DNA of 63,479 nt, filler included, from Folioceros fuciformis (GCA_049999805.1; 20 parts of 20 records of this genome joined end to end with filler, not necessarily neighbours in it), one strand, 5' to 3'. Shown: positions 34,530 to 48,537, counted from the whole stretch's first letter. Numbers and translations are program-made. Notes: a model not told the origin generated them from the letters alone.

Positions 34530-37074
34530 ACTTGAGGGTGTTCGGCAGCATTGCATATGCACATATCCCAGGTCAACTGCGTCAGAAATTTGCATTCAAA
34601 TCCAAGAAGCACCTCTTTATCGGCTACACTCCAGGTATTCATGGCTATCGACTGTTTGAGCCTACTTTGCGTAGAGTTGTACATGCACGAACAGTTGCAT
34701 TTGATGAGCAGCCAGTATTAGGGCCAAGATCAGAAACATTACCTATGAGTGAGTCCGATGACCTTCCTGTTCTTGTTGATGCTGAAGTTGAAGTTGACAC
34801 AGTCTCTTTTCCTGATATAGTTTGATTTTCTTGATGTGGATCCTTCCTTTGATCCCCCTCTTGATGTTCAACCACAGCCAGCCGTGCTTGTTGCACTAGT
34901 CCCCAACCCTGCCATTCCTACACATGTACCTCTTCCACTATCTCCACCTGAGTCAGATGATGAGGTAGATTTATTTAACTTGCTTGATGAGCAGAATGAA
35001 CAGGATGAAGTAGATCCCTTACCAGAGCCTGTCAATATTGATGTTGATGACCTAGTAGAGTACGTCATGCCTCCAACCCAGCCTCATAGGTCAACTTGAG
35101 TCCATTGCCCTCCATCCCAATGGCTGGAACCCCCTTATAGGAGTGAAGATTTCCGGAAAGTCCTTCCTCCTGTTGGGTTAGAAGCCGATGAGATTATAGT
35201 TGATGTGGTAGACTATGCTATCGTGTTTGTTAACTCTGGACATGAGCCACAGTCTTACTATGAGGCCACACATGGACCTGATGCTCCACGCTGGAAAGAA
35301 GCCATCAAATCAGAATATTTCTCTCTTCTATCCAATACAACATGGGAGCTCTGCCCTCCGCCTCAGGGGAGGAAGATTGTTACCTCGAAGTGGATATTCA
35401 TGTTAAAATATAAGGCGGACGGCAGTATAGCTCGGTATAAGGCACGACTGGTAGCTCGGGGATTTTCACAAGTACCAGGCCTGGATTACAACGACACCTT
35501 CTCTCCAGTCGTCAAGGCTCGGTCTCTGAGGGTGCTATTTTTGATGTCAGCCTTCTTCTCTTTATTCATCTACGAGATGGATGTGAAAACTGCGTTTCTA
35601 CACGGCAAGTTAGAAGAAGACATCTATATGCAGCAGCCAGAAGGACAAGAACTGGAAGGGAAAGAAGATTGGGTGTGTAAGCTACTTAAAACCTTGTATG
35701 GGCTAGAGCAAAGCCCAAGGGGCCTGGTACCAAGTCATAAATGAATTTCTTCTTGGTCTGATGTTTGTCAAAAGTGTCGCTGACTCAAACGTGTACATGC
35801 TGCAAGAGAGTGGACGTTTTGTCATTCTAGCTTTATATGTAGATGACTGTATACTAATGGAAACTAACTTGGATAGAATCACAAAAGTAAAGAGCTTACT
35901 GTCAGGTAGGTTTGACATGGTAGATGTCGAAGAGTTGTCTTACTGCCTGGGCACACAACTTCAGAGAGATCCTATTAGTGGGTTACTGGTGATACATCAA
36001 GAAAAGTACATCCTTGATATGTTGTTCAAGTACAAACTAACAGATGCTAAGCCAACTTTGACACCCTTAGAAGCAGGATGTAAGCTAACAAAAGATCAAT
36101 CTCCTAAGACTGATGCTCAGAGAGAAGAGATGGTAAATGTACCTTATGCCCAGGCAATGGGCTCGCTAATATTCTGTGCAAACCACAGTAGACCAGATGT
36201 GTCTCTAGCTGTTAGTATGACCTCCCAATTTCTGAAAGAGCCAGGCAAAGTGCATTGGTCAGCAGCTAAAAGGATATTGAGGTATCTGAAAGGCACAATC
36301 AATCATGGACTGCATTATTTGAAGAGGAAACGAGATGAAGAACAATTTATCTTGGTTGGTTACTATGATGCTGACTGGGCATCAGACCCAGATACTCGAC
36401 GATCAATCTCCGCATATACATTCCTTTTGGCAGGAGGAGCTGTGACATGGTCGTCCAAGAAATAGTCAACAGTCTCGCTCTCATCAACAGAAGCAAAGTA
36501 TGCTGCTCTCACTTCAGCTGCCAAGGAAGCAATATGGCTTAGGAGATTGCTTGCAGATCTGGGCCAACAACAAAAGGAACCAATAATGATATATTGTGAC
36601 AATCAGTCAGCATTATCACTTGCTCAAAATCCAGTATTTCATGCCCGCACCAAGCACATTGAGGTGCATCATCACTTCATCAGGAATGCAGTAACTACTA
36701 GGCAAATCAAGTTGGAGTATATACCGACTGATATGAACACAGCAGACATATTAACAAAGGCACTTCCAAAATTTAAACACTACCACCTTAAGGAGTCTCT
36801 TGGGGTACATGTGTTCCCCAAATTGTCTGCTCAGAAAGATTAGTTGTGTAGTGATAGCAAAGTCTGAAGATGTCTAGCAGCCAGAGCTCTCAGAATCACT
36901 AGAGCTGCTGAGTTGGTTAAAGAACCTGGTCCTCTCATCCTTATCCCCTCTAAGGAGAGCAAGGAACCTTCTATTATTGTTAGGTTCAGAAACTTAACTG
37001 TCCTCTTCAGAGTTGTATACCACACCAGCTTCCTCGCACATAATCTCGCTGGATCTTGCACATTCAAGTGAGAG
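34530..37074 (+). mobile_element. Ty1/copia pol 3' half (integrase C-terminus, RT, RNase H) and polypurine tract
   Basis: [70 protein letters not shown] then TGTTAG at 37075. Confidence 0.96.
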
Positions 37075-38585
37075 TGTTAGTAATAAAGTCAGCAGTAGCA
37101 ACAACTCAAACCAAAGAAACAATGGGAGATAGATTAGAGTCTGGTTGCTCACTATAGAACGAAACATAAACCCTTGCGCTCCCTTCAGGCAGGTTGAAGT
37201 GTCTAGGCTTGTAATAAGAAGGGAAGAAAACAGTCAGTTCTCTGTTGAGCAAGGTATCAGCTCCCTTCATATCAGGTGAGCAGGTTCCACTCTTGGTCCT
37301 TCAATGTTTGAGGCTGCAGGTGTGGTGGCATGATTCTCCTGGCGAAGAGGACTCTTAGAATCTGAGGTCTTCTAAGCTTTAGTAGCTCGTTCTCCAGCTT
37401 CTTCATCAGCCCTCTTCACCACAAATGTAACAGTTGCTGATGAGCGTGGAAGGCTGATTAGTTGCCAGAACAGTAGCAGTACTGGGAGATTGTGAAATAG
37501 AAGCACTTGCAAGATTTGGAGCAGCTGAAGAAGACGGATTGTTTGCAGCTGTGGAGCAGATACGACTGAAGCGCCTGGGTCTTGTGGCAGTGCGTACATG
37601 GATCAGGTCTTCCCTTACTTCATCTTCATCCAAGTTCACAGGACTATCACGCAAAGACGTGTTGGAGCACATGGTGAGGTTCAGCTCAGCTGGCGGCGGT
37701 CAGCTTGGCTTAGCTGCAAAGACTGAGCACGGCACAGGGTTTCAGAAAGGAAGCCGTAATGGAAGTTAGGGTTTCACTGTTTAAATAACCCTTGGTTAAG
37801 CAAGGGTTAAGTTACATACATTGTGCAAAGTAAATGTTAGTAATGAGTGGGAGTGTTGAAAGTATTTTTTGACATTTAAATACTATACATTACCAACATT
37901 GTTATCTAGTTAGGTTACATAGTTTGTTTGGTTGTTTTAGCGATTATGGCGGTTGCATGCTTTATGAGCGTTTTTGTATCAATAACAATGCAATGAATGT
38001 GTGTGCTTTTGAGAATCATGTTTGTGTAAAAGCATTGAAGAATGTGAACAACCACATACCCGGCCACCTTGCTACCACTTGGCTACTCCGTCGCCCTGAC
38101 GGCTACAACTGTTCTCGACTACTTCCGTCGCCCCCTTGGCGACACTCGCCCAACCGGCTACCCCGGTGGGGTCCACACACCCTCTCTCTTCTTCCCCCGG
38201 ACCCACGCCTCTTTCTCTCTCCACCCCCTCTTCCTACTTATCCCACAACTTACTTTTCCGGCTTATGGCTCCTAACGATCGAGATCCGTCACAGACCTCT
38301 CTCTTCCCTCTTACTGGAGATCACCCTTTCCTCGCAACACGCACCCCTCCATCTGCTCACATCCACTCACTGTCCCTCTCAGAGATCTAAGGCGCCTAGC
38401 TCACGCCACGCACACACACACAGGGAGAAACGAACCTTCACCTACCTACCCAGTCCTTAATCAATCAGCACGCTCCCCTCCACTACCGCATTCGACTCGC
38501 ATCCTCCGGGCCCGACCTCTCGCATCCACTCGTACATCCCTGTACTTCAGTCACATAGACACCGGTGAACTTCTCTTCACCTCAC

Positions 38586-38732
38586 TGTTGAGTTATCGAG
38601 CTCTATATGAGCTAAACTCATGTGGTGTTAGTTATCCCAGTTGGGTTCATACTAGACTAGTTCTAGTTATTAGTGAACTTAGGATAGTGTAGATTATCCC
38701 ATATTGAACCTGGAAGTTGTGTAGCCCTAAAT
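38586..38732 (+). mobile_element. Copia LTR (family E), 5' part
   Basis: Nearly identical to the sequence starting at 38862. Confidence 0.85.
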
Positions 38733-38861
38733 NNNNNNNNNNNNNNNNNNNNNNNNNNNNNNNNNNNNNNNNNNNNTTAATTAATTAANNNNNNNNNNNN
38801 NNNNNNNNNNNNNNNNNNNNNNNNNNNNNNNNACAGATGCTATGTTGAGCTCGAGGGGGAG

Positions 38862-39154
38862 TGTTGAGTTATCGAGCTCTATATGAGCTAAACTCATGTG
38901 GTGTTAGTTATCCCAGTTGGGTTCATACTAGACTAGTTCTAGTTATTAGTGAACTTAGGATAGTGTAGATTATCCCATATTGAACCTAGAAGTTGTGTAA
39001 CCCTAAATGTACTACTTAAATGGAGACCTCGGACCTCCATAGTAAGACAGTGGTGATGTGTATTGTTTTCATGGTTGTGATCACCAATACCACCCTCTCT
39101 TCTCTCCTCTCCTCTCCTACACTTGCACGTAGACTGGAGTCGATCTTATTGACA
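38862..39154 (+). mobile_element. Copia 3' LTR (family E) after polypurine tract GAGGGGGAG
   Basis: TGTTGAG...TTGACA ends; homologous to 48206-48537. Confidence 0.9.
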
Positions 39155-39949
39155 GAAGGTTGGTGAGGGTGCAGTGATAGGAGATCTTTCCAGTTAGAAG
39201 GTCCAACAGGCTAAACTTAGAGAAGTTTTCATCTGAACCTGTGACTGCTAAGGTTGGTATAGAAGTAGTGTGTACAAGTAGGGAGGAATGCATGATAGCA
39301 TAAAGTGGTTTGAGTGGTGACTATATTTAAAGTAATCTTGCGGTGGGTTTGCAGCATAAAGACAGTCCAAGAATGAAGTGTGGTTAAAGTTTTACTTGTC
39401 TAAAAGTTGCTTTAGAATGTTAAGTTAAACTTGCCAATAGCTGTTGAAAAATGGTTAGCGAAATAGTGTAAGTGTAAGTGTGGTAGAAGCTGTGCAGGAG
39501 AGTTTCAGCGGGTTAGGGAGCGTAGACTAAAGAAGGATGACGTAGAAGCAAAAGAAAAGAAGGGAGAGACAATCAATCAAATTTCGAGAAAGGATCAAGA
39601 CCCTAGAAAGGAAGAAGAAGAAAAAGAGAAAAGGCAGCAAAGTTTACGACACCTTATAATACGGTGTTCCACGCCTAGTAGTTGGAGCCAGCTTTAAGTA
39701 TTTTGTGACGATCTGATAGTGCTTGGAAGACATTTCTCAGATGTAAAACATTTGGTCGTGTGTTTAGAAAGAAAAGATGGAGAAAAGAACTTAGTATGGA
39801 ATGCTATAAGACACCTGATTTTTGAGCTAGTATATTCTACACTGTTTTCGTGTTGGTTTGGATACAAACCAGTGTAAAAGTTGATTAGTTGCAAAAGTTA
39901 TCAAACTCTAGTGTGTTAATTTTGTTGAAAAGGTGCTAAACTTTTTAAC

Positions 39950-41582
39950 ATGAGGAGACCTATATCCCAGGGCATTAGAGCAACACGAGTGAGTGTAAGG
40001 CGAGCTTATGTGTTGCCAAGGTCAAGAAATAGGACTGAGAATGGAGACGTTGGAAGAGTTGAGAAAAGGGTGATGGAAGATAGAAATTCAGACAAAAGAT
40101 TTAAGAGAAAGGTGGGACGACCAAGAATGAATGATTAAGGAGAAAATGTCAAGGATCTAGAGGGGAGTCACTCCTCAAGCAACATATTGGAAGATGAAGA
40201 AAGAATTCTACATAAGGTGAGTGTTTTGGGTGGAGAAAGAGAGGGAGAAGTTGAGTGCAGACCTTGATGGGGATACAAGTAAGAGGCATAAAGTATTTGA
40301 AGGGGTAGAAGCAAGAGAAGAGAGACTGCAACTATCAAATGAAGAATGGAGATATTTATGCAAAGAAAGAGGGTTTGTGATCAAAGATAAAGAACTTGTT
40401 ATGGGCATACAAAATCGAACTAAAGAGCCTGTGAAAGTGTAAGGGCAGTCAAGGGAAGTAGATGGCGTGGGGAAGCTGGTGGGAAGACTAGATAGTCAAA
40501 TGTTGAGTTTGTCAGCCGAGAAAGCTTTCGAACTGGAGAGGAAGGGCAAGAGTGGAGTGGTGTTGCCTGCAAAAAGTTAGAAGTATTCAGGGCACCCCAA
40601 GTCGTCAGTGTCCATCAATTAGTTAATGTGCATGTTTTATATGATCAAGTTACAAGAGTGTGGAGGTGAGGATATTGAATTGGATCCTAGATATGAATTC
40701 ACTTTGTCAGGAAACTTGCTGTGTGGTGATGCTTACAATTTTTATTTAAGATGTTTTATGGATTTGATAGTAAATAGCAAGCATGTTGAGCCTGTAAAAG
40801 AATTTTTCACTTGGTTGGAAATGAGATTTCCTTCGGTTAATGCTATGAAGATAGAGGAGTTAGCAAACTTGAGGAGAAGATCTGATTAAACAGCACTCAT
40901 GTTTTATAATCAAACTAGTCAATTGGTGACAGATACGGGGATGTATAATGAGATGGAAGTGTGCTTTAAGTACATTTGTAATTTAGATGAGGACATTAAG
41001 GAGGATGTCTTTAGAGAGTTAACGTCGTAGTATCGTAAGACATATACATTGGATCAAGAGTTTCCAATTGTAGAGAAGCATGAGCAGGCTAGAGCGTTGC
41101 TAAAGGCTATCGGAAGAAAAGTTGGAACAGATAGAAGGGGAGGTTCATTTTCTGCAGCAACTTCTCGACCTAATTTTTTGCCGAGCTAGAGACCAAATTG
41201 GCAGCAGCAAATGAATGCGCCAAGAGTGGACAACAAGTGCATGAAGCCTGTCATGAATGTGGAAGCGGAAAAGGGAATACAATATTTCCGATGTAGAAGT
41301 GGTGTGCATATGATGATGGAATGTTTGATTAAGGAGGATGTAGCTTGTAAATATTGTATGAAAAAGGATCATCTGGAAAATGTCTGCTGGCAAAAGTATC
41401 CATCTCTCAAGCCTACAAAGTTTGGTCTTAGGGGGCAAAATGTTAAGAATGTTAGGGAAGTGCAAAGAGTAGGAGGAAATCAATTAAGGGGATCCGATAG
41501 AGATAACTTGGATGGTCACAGTCGGGTGAAGAAGTTGATGAAAATCATGCTAAGCTCTAGCATAAAAGATGCTTGCATTACA
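39950..41582 (+). mobile_element. Degenerate Ty3/gypsy-type gag (family F), copy 1
   Basis: GNLLCGDAYNFY...EFFTWLEMRFP, double knuckle ending CKYCMKKDHLENVCWQKYP; homologous to 42820-44000. Confidence 0.75.
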
Positions 41583-41682
41583 NNNNNNNNNNNNNNNNNN
41601 NNNNNNNNNNNNNNNNNNNNNNNNNNTTAATTAATTAANNNNNNNNNNNNNNNNNNNNNNNNNNNNNNNNNNNNNNNNNNNN

Positions 41683-42490
41683 CTGTCAGTTCAATGGATG
41701 AAGCATCATGGTTACAAATCCAATCGTGAACTTGGTTAGCAGCAACTGGGTTAGGAGCAAAGTCACGCTTTAACATAAGGCCACAACAGCGAAACAAAAC
41801 AAGGCATGACAACGTTCTTCCGTGGCTACAGGGACACACACACACAGGAACAGTGCCGGGATTGACAGCAGCATTGAGAGATACCTCGCTTCTTGCTCGT
41901 CTTTCTTCTATTTCCTTGATTATGTCTCGAATTTCTCCACAAGTGAGCGGCCTAGGGTGGGTGCTGGTGGTTGGTGCTGCACTGTCTATGAGAAGGCCAA
42001 CGAGTTCTTCTGCCACAATTTGAGTTTGGAGCAGCAATCTTGAGAGCTCTAGGTTTCTTTTGTTTCAAAGATGTCTTGCATATGCAACAGGTGCCGGGAG
42101 TCAGCGGTCGTCGGCCAATTGGGCATCGAACTCTCTCCTCCTGTTGGCGTTGCAGGTTGCGGCTTCTTCTTTTCTCAATTCCGCTGGCCGGCACTCCTGG
42201 CCAGGTGGCTGTCATGTTCAAGGCTTATGGGCACGCTGCCCACAACACACGACGTCTCCATGCTTGCTTGCTCCCTCTCCTGTCTCCGATTGGAGATGGT
42301 GCCAGGAGTGAGTGATCGGACCATTCTCCTCTGCTGGGTTGTCAATTTGAGTCCAGATTGTGGCGCGGGGGTGCTGCGGCTGATCATGTCGGTAGTGGTG
42401 ATGGTGGGTGCTGTTGGCGCGCCGTGCTTGTGCTTTTAAACTCTGAAGATCGCACGCTTGTGCTCGTCCTGCTGCCATCGCGAGGGCCAT
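41683..42490 (-). pseudogene. Decayed long ORF of unknown identity, probably TE-derived
   Basis: ORFs 42218..42490 and 41627..42037 share one frame with a few intervening stops. Confidence 0.3.
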
Positions 42491-42769
42491 GTGTGTGTTT
42501 GGCTTGTGTGCGAGGAGTTATTGTGCCACGTGTGCCCGTGGTTGGTGGTTTTCGCGTGTATACGGGCGTGTACGATGTTGTGTGCGTATCTATGGCTTAT
42601 ACCTCTTTTAACCTCGTTAGGTTAAGTGGGGGTGTTAAGGTGGAATTGTTTTAACCTAACTCGATAGGTTAGTCTAATTTTTATTTAGGGTTAGACTTGA
42701 CCTAGTATATAAACACATACACAAATGTTTTATTATTATTCAATATATAAGCTTCCGCTATTACAAACA

Positions 42770-44487
42770 AGCCCAAGAGATCCACACATAGGAAGGTACG
42801 GTGGAAGCTTGTGGATCCAAAAGAAGACGAATGAAGAGTGGAGGCATGTGTGCAAAGAAAGAGGGTTTGTGATTAGAGATAAAGAACTTGTCATGGACGT
42901 ACAAAATCGGACTGTGGAGCCTATGAAGGTGCAAGGACAGCTAGAAGGAGTGAGTGATGTGGGAAAGTTGGTGAGAAGAACAGACAATCAAATGTTAAGC
43001 TTGTCGACTGAAAAAGCTTTTGGGTTGGAAAGAAAAGGTAGAGGGGGAGTGGCGCTACCCGCAAAGAGTGAGAAGTATTCCAGGCATCCCAAGTCATCAG
43101 TGTCCATTAGCCAATTGATGTGTACGTTTTATATGATTAAGTTACAGGAGTGTGGAGGTGAGGACGTTGAGTTAGATCCCATATATGAGTTTACTTTTCT
43201 AGGGAACTTGTTGTGTGGAGATGCTTACAAGTTTTACCTGAAGAGTTTCATGGATTTTGTAGTGACCAGTAAACATGCCGAGTCGGTGAAGGAATTCTTC
43301 ATTCGATTGGAGATGAGGTTTCCAACTGTTAATGCCATGAAGATAGAAGAGTTGGCAAATTTGAAGAGGAAGCCGAATGAGACAGCACTTATGTTTTACA
43401 ATTGCACTAGTCAGCCGGTGATACATACAGGGATGCACAATGAGATGGCAGTTTGTTTTAAGTATATTTGCAATTTGGATGAAGATATTAATGAAGATGT
43501 GTTTAGAGAATTGACAGCATTGTATGGTAAAACATACACACCGGACTAGGTATTCCCAATTGCTGAAAAGCATGAGCAGGCAAGAGCATTGCTAAAGGCC
43601 ATGGGAAGAAAGGTTGGGACAGATAGAAAGGGAGGTGTATGTTCAGCGATAGTTCCTCGACATAATTTTCTGCCTAAATGGAGACCAACTTGGCAGCAGC
43701 ATCTGAACATGTCAAGAATGGACAACAGGTACATGAAACTTGTCGTGAATGTAGAGACAGAAAAAGGGATAAAGTGCTTGCGTGTGGGAGTGGTTCTCAT
43801 GTGATGATGGAGTGTTCAATTAAGAGGGATGTAGGTTGTAATCATTGTGGAAAGAAAGGACATTTGGAGAAATTTTGGTTGCATAAGTATCCATCTCTCA
43901 AGCCCACAAAGTTTGGTTTTAAGGGGCATAATGTTAAGAATGTGAGACAGGTGCAGAGAGCTGAAGGAAATAGATTTGGAGGAGCCAGTGTAGATAATTT
44001 GGGCCAGATGAGCAAATCTTACAAATTGTTAGAGTTGCACATAGCAGACTCAATGAAGGCTGAGAATGATAGGTTGAAGGTAGTTGGTGTTCAGAATGGC
44101 GGAGTTAAAATCAAGAAAGTTAGGACAATGGAAAAAAGGAAGGATTTGGGTGAGAAGGAGAAAGCTTACAAGGAGTTTCAGCTGGATGCATTTGTTTGTG
44201 AAGTGTACAGGGGAGATGCATTGGAAGTGGAGGTTGCTCAGAAAAGATACAACACAAGGCTGGAAGGTCAGCATAAAGACCATGGAAGATCGGCGGTGTC
44301 AGGCTGGAAATATGTGCAATCATTTGAAGTATTAGATGTGGATATGAAAGATTTTGGTGAGAAGATGCATGGCAGAGCAGTGAAGGTGTTGGAACAGCAA
44401 GTGAGCAAGAGAACGTAGGTGTCTTAGAGTGATGTGATTGGTTGTATTCGAAGTGTGTTAGAATTGGGCGTCAAAGTGGGGGTGAGC
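42770..44487 (+). mobile_element. Degenerate Ty3/gypsy-type gag (family F), copy 2
   Basis: LKRKPNETALMFY, CNHCGKKGHLEKFWLHKYP. Confidence 0.75.
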
Positions 44488-44587
44488 NNNNNNNNNNNNN
44501 NNNNNNNNNNNNNNNNNNNNNNNNNNNNNNNTTAATTAATTAANNNNNNNNNNNNNNNNNNNNNNNNNNNNNNNNNNNNNNNNNNNN

Positions 44588-46446
44588 ACGCTGTTCAGCA
44601 TGGTTTCCTAGTGCATCAAATGGACGTCAAAACGGCTTTCCTAAATGGACCTTTAGAGGACACTATCTACATGCAGCAACAAGGGGGGTATGTGGAGGAC
44701 CCTAACCTGGTTTGTGAGCTGCTTGAGTCGATTTACAGGCTCAAGCAATCAGCTCGGATTTGGAGTGGTAGAGCTGATACAAAGCTGCGAACACTTGGTT
44801 TCGAACCTCTCGCAGCAAATTGCAGTGTTTATGTCTTGCGTAAAGACAACCAATTGTGCATCATCGCACTGTATGTAGACGACAACTTCTTATTTGCTAG
44901 CAACATAAATATCCTTACCTATATCAAGGAACAGCTCTCTTCAGAATGGGACATGACGGATGTGGGCCCCCTGCGGTTTGCACTTGGAATACAATTCTTC
45001 TTCGACGCCACAGCTGGCTCTGTTACATTACACCAAGAACACTTTGTTCGCCAGCTCCTAACCGCTTATAATTTGTAGGATTTGAAGCCTGTGTCAACTC
45101 CAGTGGCAGCAGGTGAGAAGCTAACCTTGGCAAATTGTCCAATAAGTGAATCCGACAAGGCTGAGATGGCCACTGTACCTTACCGAGAGGTTGTTGGCAG
45201 CCTCCTATACCTGGCAGGCTGGACAAGGCCAGACATCTCAAAGGCAATAGGAGTAGTTTCATGTTTGCTTTCTAACCCAGGCCAGAAGCATTGGATGGCC
45301 GTTAAGCAAATACTACGCTATTTACAAGGCACTCGACACTTATGCCTCAAATATACCAGAACCTCAGTTTTTGATCTAACATGTTATTCAGATGCTGATT
45401 GGGCTGGTGATGTCGACAGCCAGAAGTCAATCGCCGCTATTGCACCCTCTTATGCGGGTCTGCGATCAGCTGGCAAAGTAAGAAGCTATCAACCATTAGT
45501 CTCTCATCAACAGAGGCCAAGTACAGTGCCCTTTCCCTAGTTGCACATGAGATCACATGGATCAGACAATTTTTAGCTAGCATAGGTCTGGAGCAAGTTC
45601 ATCCAACCCTCCTCCAATGTGACAATTAGTCAGCCATTGCACTTTCAGCGATCCCAGGGTTCCATGCCCGATCTAAACATATTGAAATTCAATTTCATTA
45701 CATACGGCAGGCAGTGCAACAGAAGGTAATTCGACTTGCCTATGTGCCAACAGCCCTGAACGTCGTAGATTTGCTTACCAAGGGCTTGTCGAAGGCATCA
45801 CATCAGCAGCACCACCTATCCTTGGGTTTAGATGACGGGGCATTGCCTGCTGCCGCCACCACATATCCCTAGGACTCGACAGAGCGCAACTACACTTGGA
45901 TGAAGCTTCAGTGTTACATTCAATCAGGTCAGCAGTGCTGCAGTTTCTTCACAGACATACCTCTTGGAGTGGGAGGGCATCTTCAGCACTTGTGGCGCTT
46001 GTAATGGGCGTTCCCTTTGCCTAAAGACCTGGTCATCCTACTAGCTCTCAGCTTCAACTCCTGGTCTGTCTGTGTCGTGCACCTCGCTAAGCGCCATCAG
46101 ACCCCTTGCATGTCAGTTGAAGCACGTCTTATGTTTGTGGACGAGGGTTTCTTCCTTTTATGCATCACTGGCAAATCGCACGTTATCACCTTATCACAGA
46201 TGGAGGCAATAGACTGGTGGAAGTACTTATCGATTTTCAACAGCATATTATCCCATTCGGCCTGAGAGGGGGTATTGAGATATTATCAATATCACTAGTT
46301 CAGTCCAAATGTGAAATATTCGGCAAGTTTATTCTACCAGGATTAGCGAGTAGTTTAAATTAATTCCTAATTACGAAACGGTTACAACTTCGTTGTATAT
46401 GTATTTTCTTTTCTTGATTCAAAACGTTGTCTTCTCACGCACATCA
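44588..46446 (+). mobile_element. Ty1/copia RT-RNase H, polypurine tract (~46264-46271) and probable short 3' LTR from 46272
   Basis: [47 protein letters not shown] then TATTGAG. The LTR right end is uncertain. Confidence 0.9.
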
Positions 46447-47046
46447 GCCTCTGGGGCAAGACTACTTGTTCTACATGTCGCGATGTGCGCTTCCAATCGT
46501 TTAGGCATGACCAAATTAGGTAGTGAGGAGGGGGCTAAAGACGTGCTGGAAGAAGAGCTAGAGGCAAAGGAGGAGAGCTCTGCCTTGGTGATGTGATGCA
46601 TAGCAGCAAACATAACAGAAGTGACACAAATGCTTGTAGGGAAGCATATTGGGGACGTGCTAGGAGTTTTGCAAAGGCTTCATGGGCGAGGAGGACTTGC
46701 ACTTGTAATGGCATGGTTTGCTGATGGTGCTAGTAGCTTTGGTAGCGAGGAAGATGGAGAATGTGCAAGTGGGCTGCGGTCTTTGGTGCAAAAGGCATGT
46801 CATATGAGAGTGAAGGAGCTCGTGGACAAGAGGATGAGGTTAATGACCCCATGGTAGGCACACCCTAAATAGGTGTAAGAGGGGCTTGTGGAATTGTGGC
46901 AGTAGAGTTTCCAGAGCTAAAGGACATAGAGGTAATTCGGAATAGGTTTTCTTGGTGCTCGCGATCTCACAATCATTGGTTTGGGAAGAGAGAAAAGCAG
47001 TAGCAGAACTAGAGAAGGTGAGGCGGGAGAAGGAACGATGGCTGGG

Positions 47047-47371
47047 TGTTAAATATGTTGCTTGGACCTAAGTAGACATTGCTACAACTTAGGGTTAGTG
47101 ACGGTTATATATACCATTTCGGTTTCTTAGATTATATACTTTAGTTGTTTTCATGTTTTTCCTTCAATGCAAGTTTATATGTTTGTGGTCAAATGCGCTT
47201 AAGATTGTGTGTGAGTTGATCACAAATATCAACATGGTATTAGAGCCCAGGCTCTAGTCCATCCTGGAAAGGTTTGATGTAGAAAGAAAATTTGATAATA
47301 AGAAATCAAAATGGTTTTCTTTATTGAGTGCTCAATGTGAGCTTTAATGAGTAGGAGGCACAATGCCTCGT
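47047..47371 (+). mobile_element. Probable copia 5' LTR (47047-47234) with tRNA-Met PBS (47235-47247), interrupted by a family A LTR
   Basis: TGTTAAATAT...ATATCAACA then TGGTATTAGAGCC (one mismatch to the Met PBS). Confidence 0.7.
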
Positions 47372-47833
47372 TGTGGAGGTAAAACCCCAGGCACTGATTG
47401 CCAACGGGTTCCACCTTTAGTGGCCACACTTATCCCATTGTCATTGAGACATTGGGTTTCGTTCCCACGAAGGAGCGATGGGGTTCCTTGCTGCTGTGGA
47501 TGGAGGGTCGGACTTGATCGACTCGATGATGGATTCGAGGGCTCCCCTCCAGCTCCGATCAGGCGTAGAACAGGCCTCACTGTCCGGCGGTCAGCTGCAC
47601 CTCTCTCGATGCCCACAAACTCACTGCAGTCACTACAACGACCCTAACCTCTTAGATCTCCGACTTCCCTCACACACTTCACTCTCTCTCTTACTCCAGC
47701 ACCAACACCAGCAACTACCAGTAACCAGCAACGACACGACTACCTTCTACACTTCCCTACTGACTCCTCCTACTTGGCAAGAGTCGCTAGACTAACCCCA
47801 AAGAAAAGAAAGAAGGGAACACACTCCCCTCTT
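47372..47833 (-). mobile_element. Family A LTR 3' end
   Basis: Reverse complement of 52015-52462. Confidence 0.88.
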
Positions 47834-47933
47834 NNNNNNNNNNNNNNNNNNNNNNNNNNNNNNNNNNNNNNNNNNNNTTAATTAATTAANNNNNNNNNNN
47901 NNNNNNNNNNNNNNNNNNNNNNNNNNNNNNNNN

Positions 47934-48537
47934 ATTATAGGTCTACCACAAGGTTGTTATCTACTGTGACAATCTTAGCAGCATACAGTTGGCACGAAAC
48001 CCAATGTTTCATGCTAGGATGAAACACATTGAGGTACATTATCATTTTCTTCAAGAAAGGATTTTATTTGGAGCTATTGATCTTGTGTATGTCAACACAA
48101 ACGAGCAGATAGCCAATATATTTACTAAGCCAATGGGAGCATAGAAGCTGAAGAAATTCCGAGCTATGTTAGGCATACAGATGCTATGTTGAGCTCGAGG
48201 GGGACTATTGAGTTATCTAGCTCTATATGAGCTAAACTCATGTAGTGTTAGTTATCCCGATTGGATTCACACTGGATTAGTTCTTGTTATTAATGAACCA
48301 GTTAAGTTGTGGATTTGATAGTATATAAAGGGGCACTTAGGATAGTGTAGATTATCCCATATTGAACCTTGAAGTTGTGTACCCCTAAATGTACTACTTA
48401 AATGGAGACCTTAGACCTCCATAGTAAGACAATGGTGATGTCTATTGTTTTTGGTTGTGACTACCAATACCACCCTCTCCTCTTCTCTCCTCTCCTCTCC
48501 TACACTTGCACATAGACTGGAGTCGATCCTATTCACA
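47934..48537 (+). mobile_element. Copia RNase H end, polypurine tract and family E 3' LTR (48206-48537)
   Basis: YCDNLSSIQLARNPMFHARMKHIEVHYHF; GAGGGGGAC; LTR contains TATATAAA. Confidence 0.92.

Noticed and set aside
37080-37770. Zinc-knuckle gene on the minus strand (CYICGEEG)
   Set aside because: The motif is cut by stops and has no supporting context.
38586-39154. Single intact copia element spanning the gap
   Set aside because: Flanks CTCAC and GAAGG are not a target-site duplication, and contig order is unverified.
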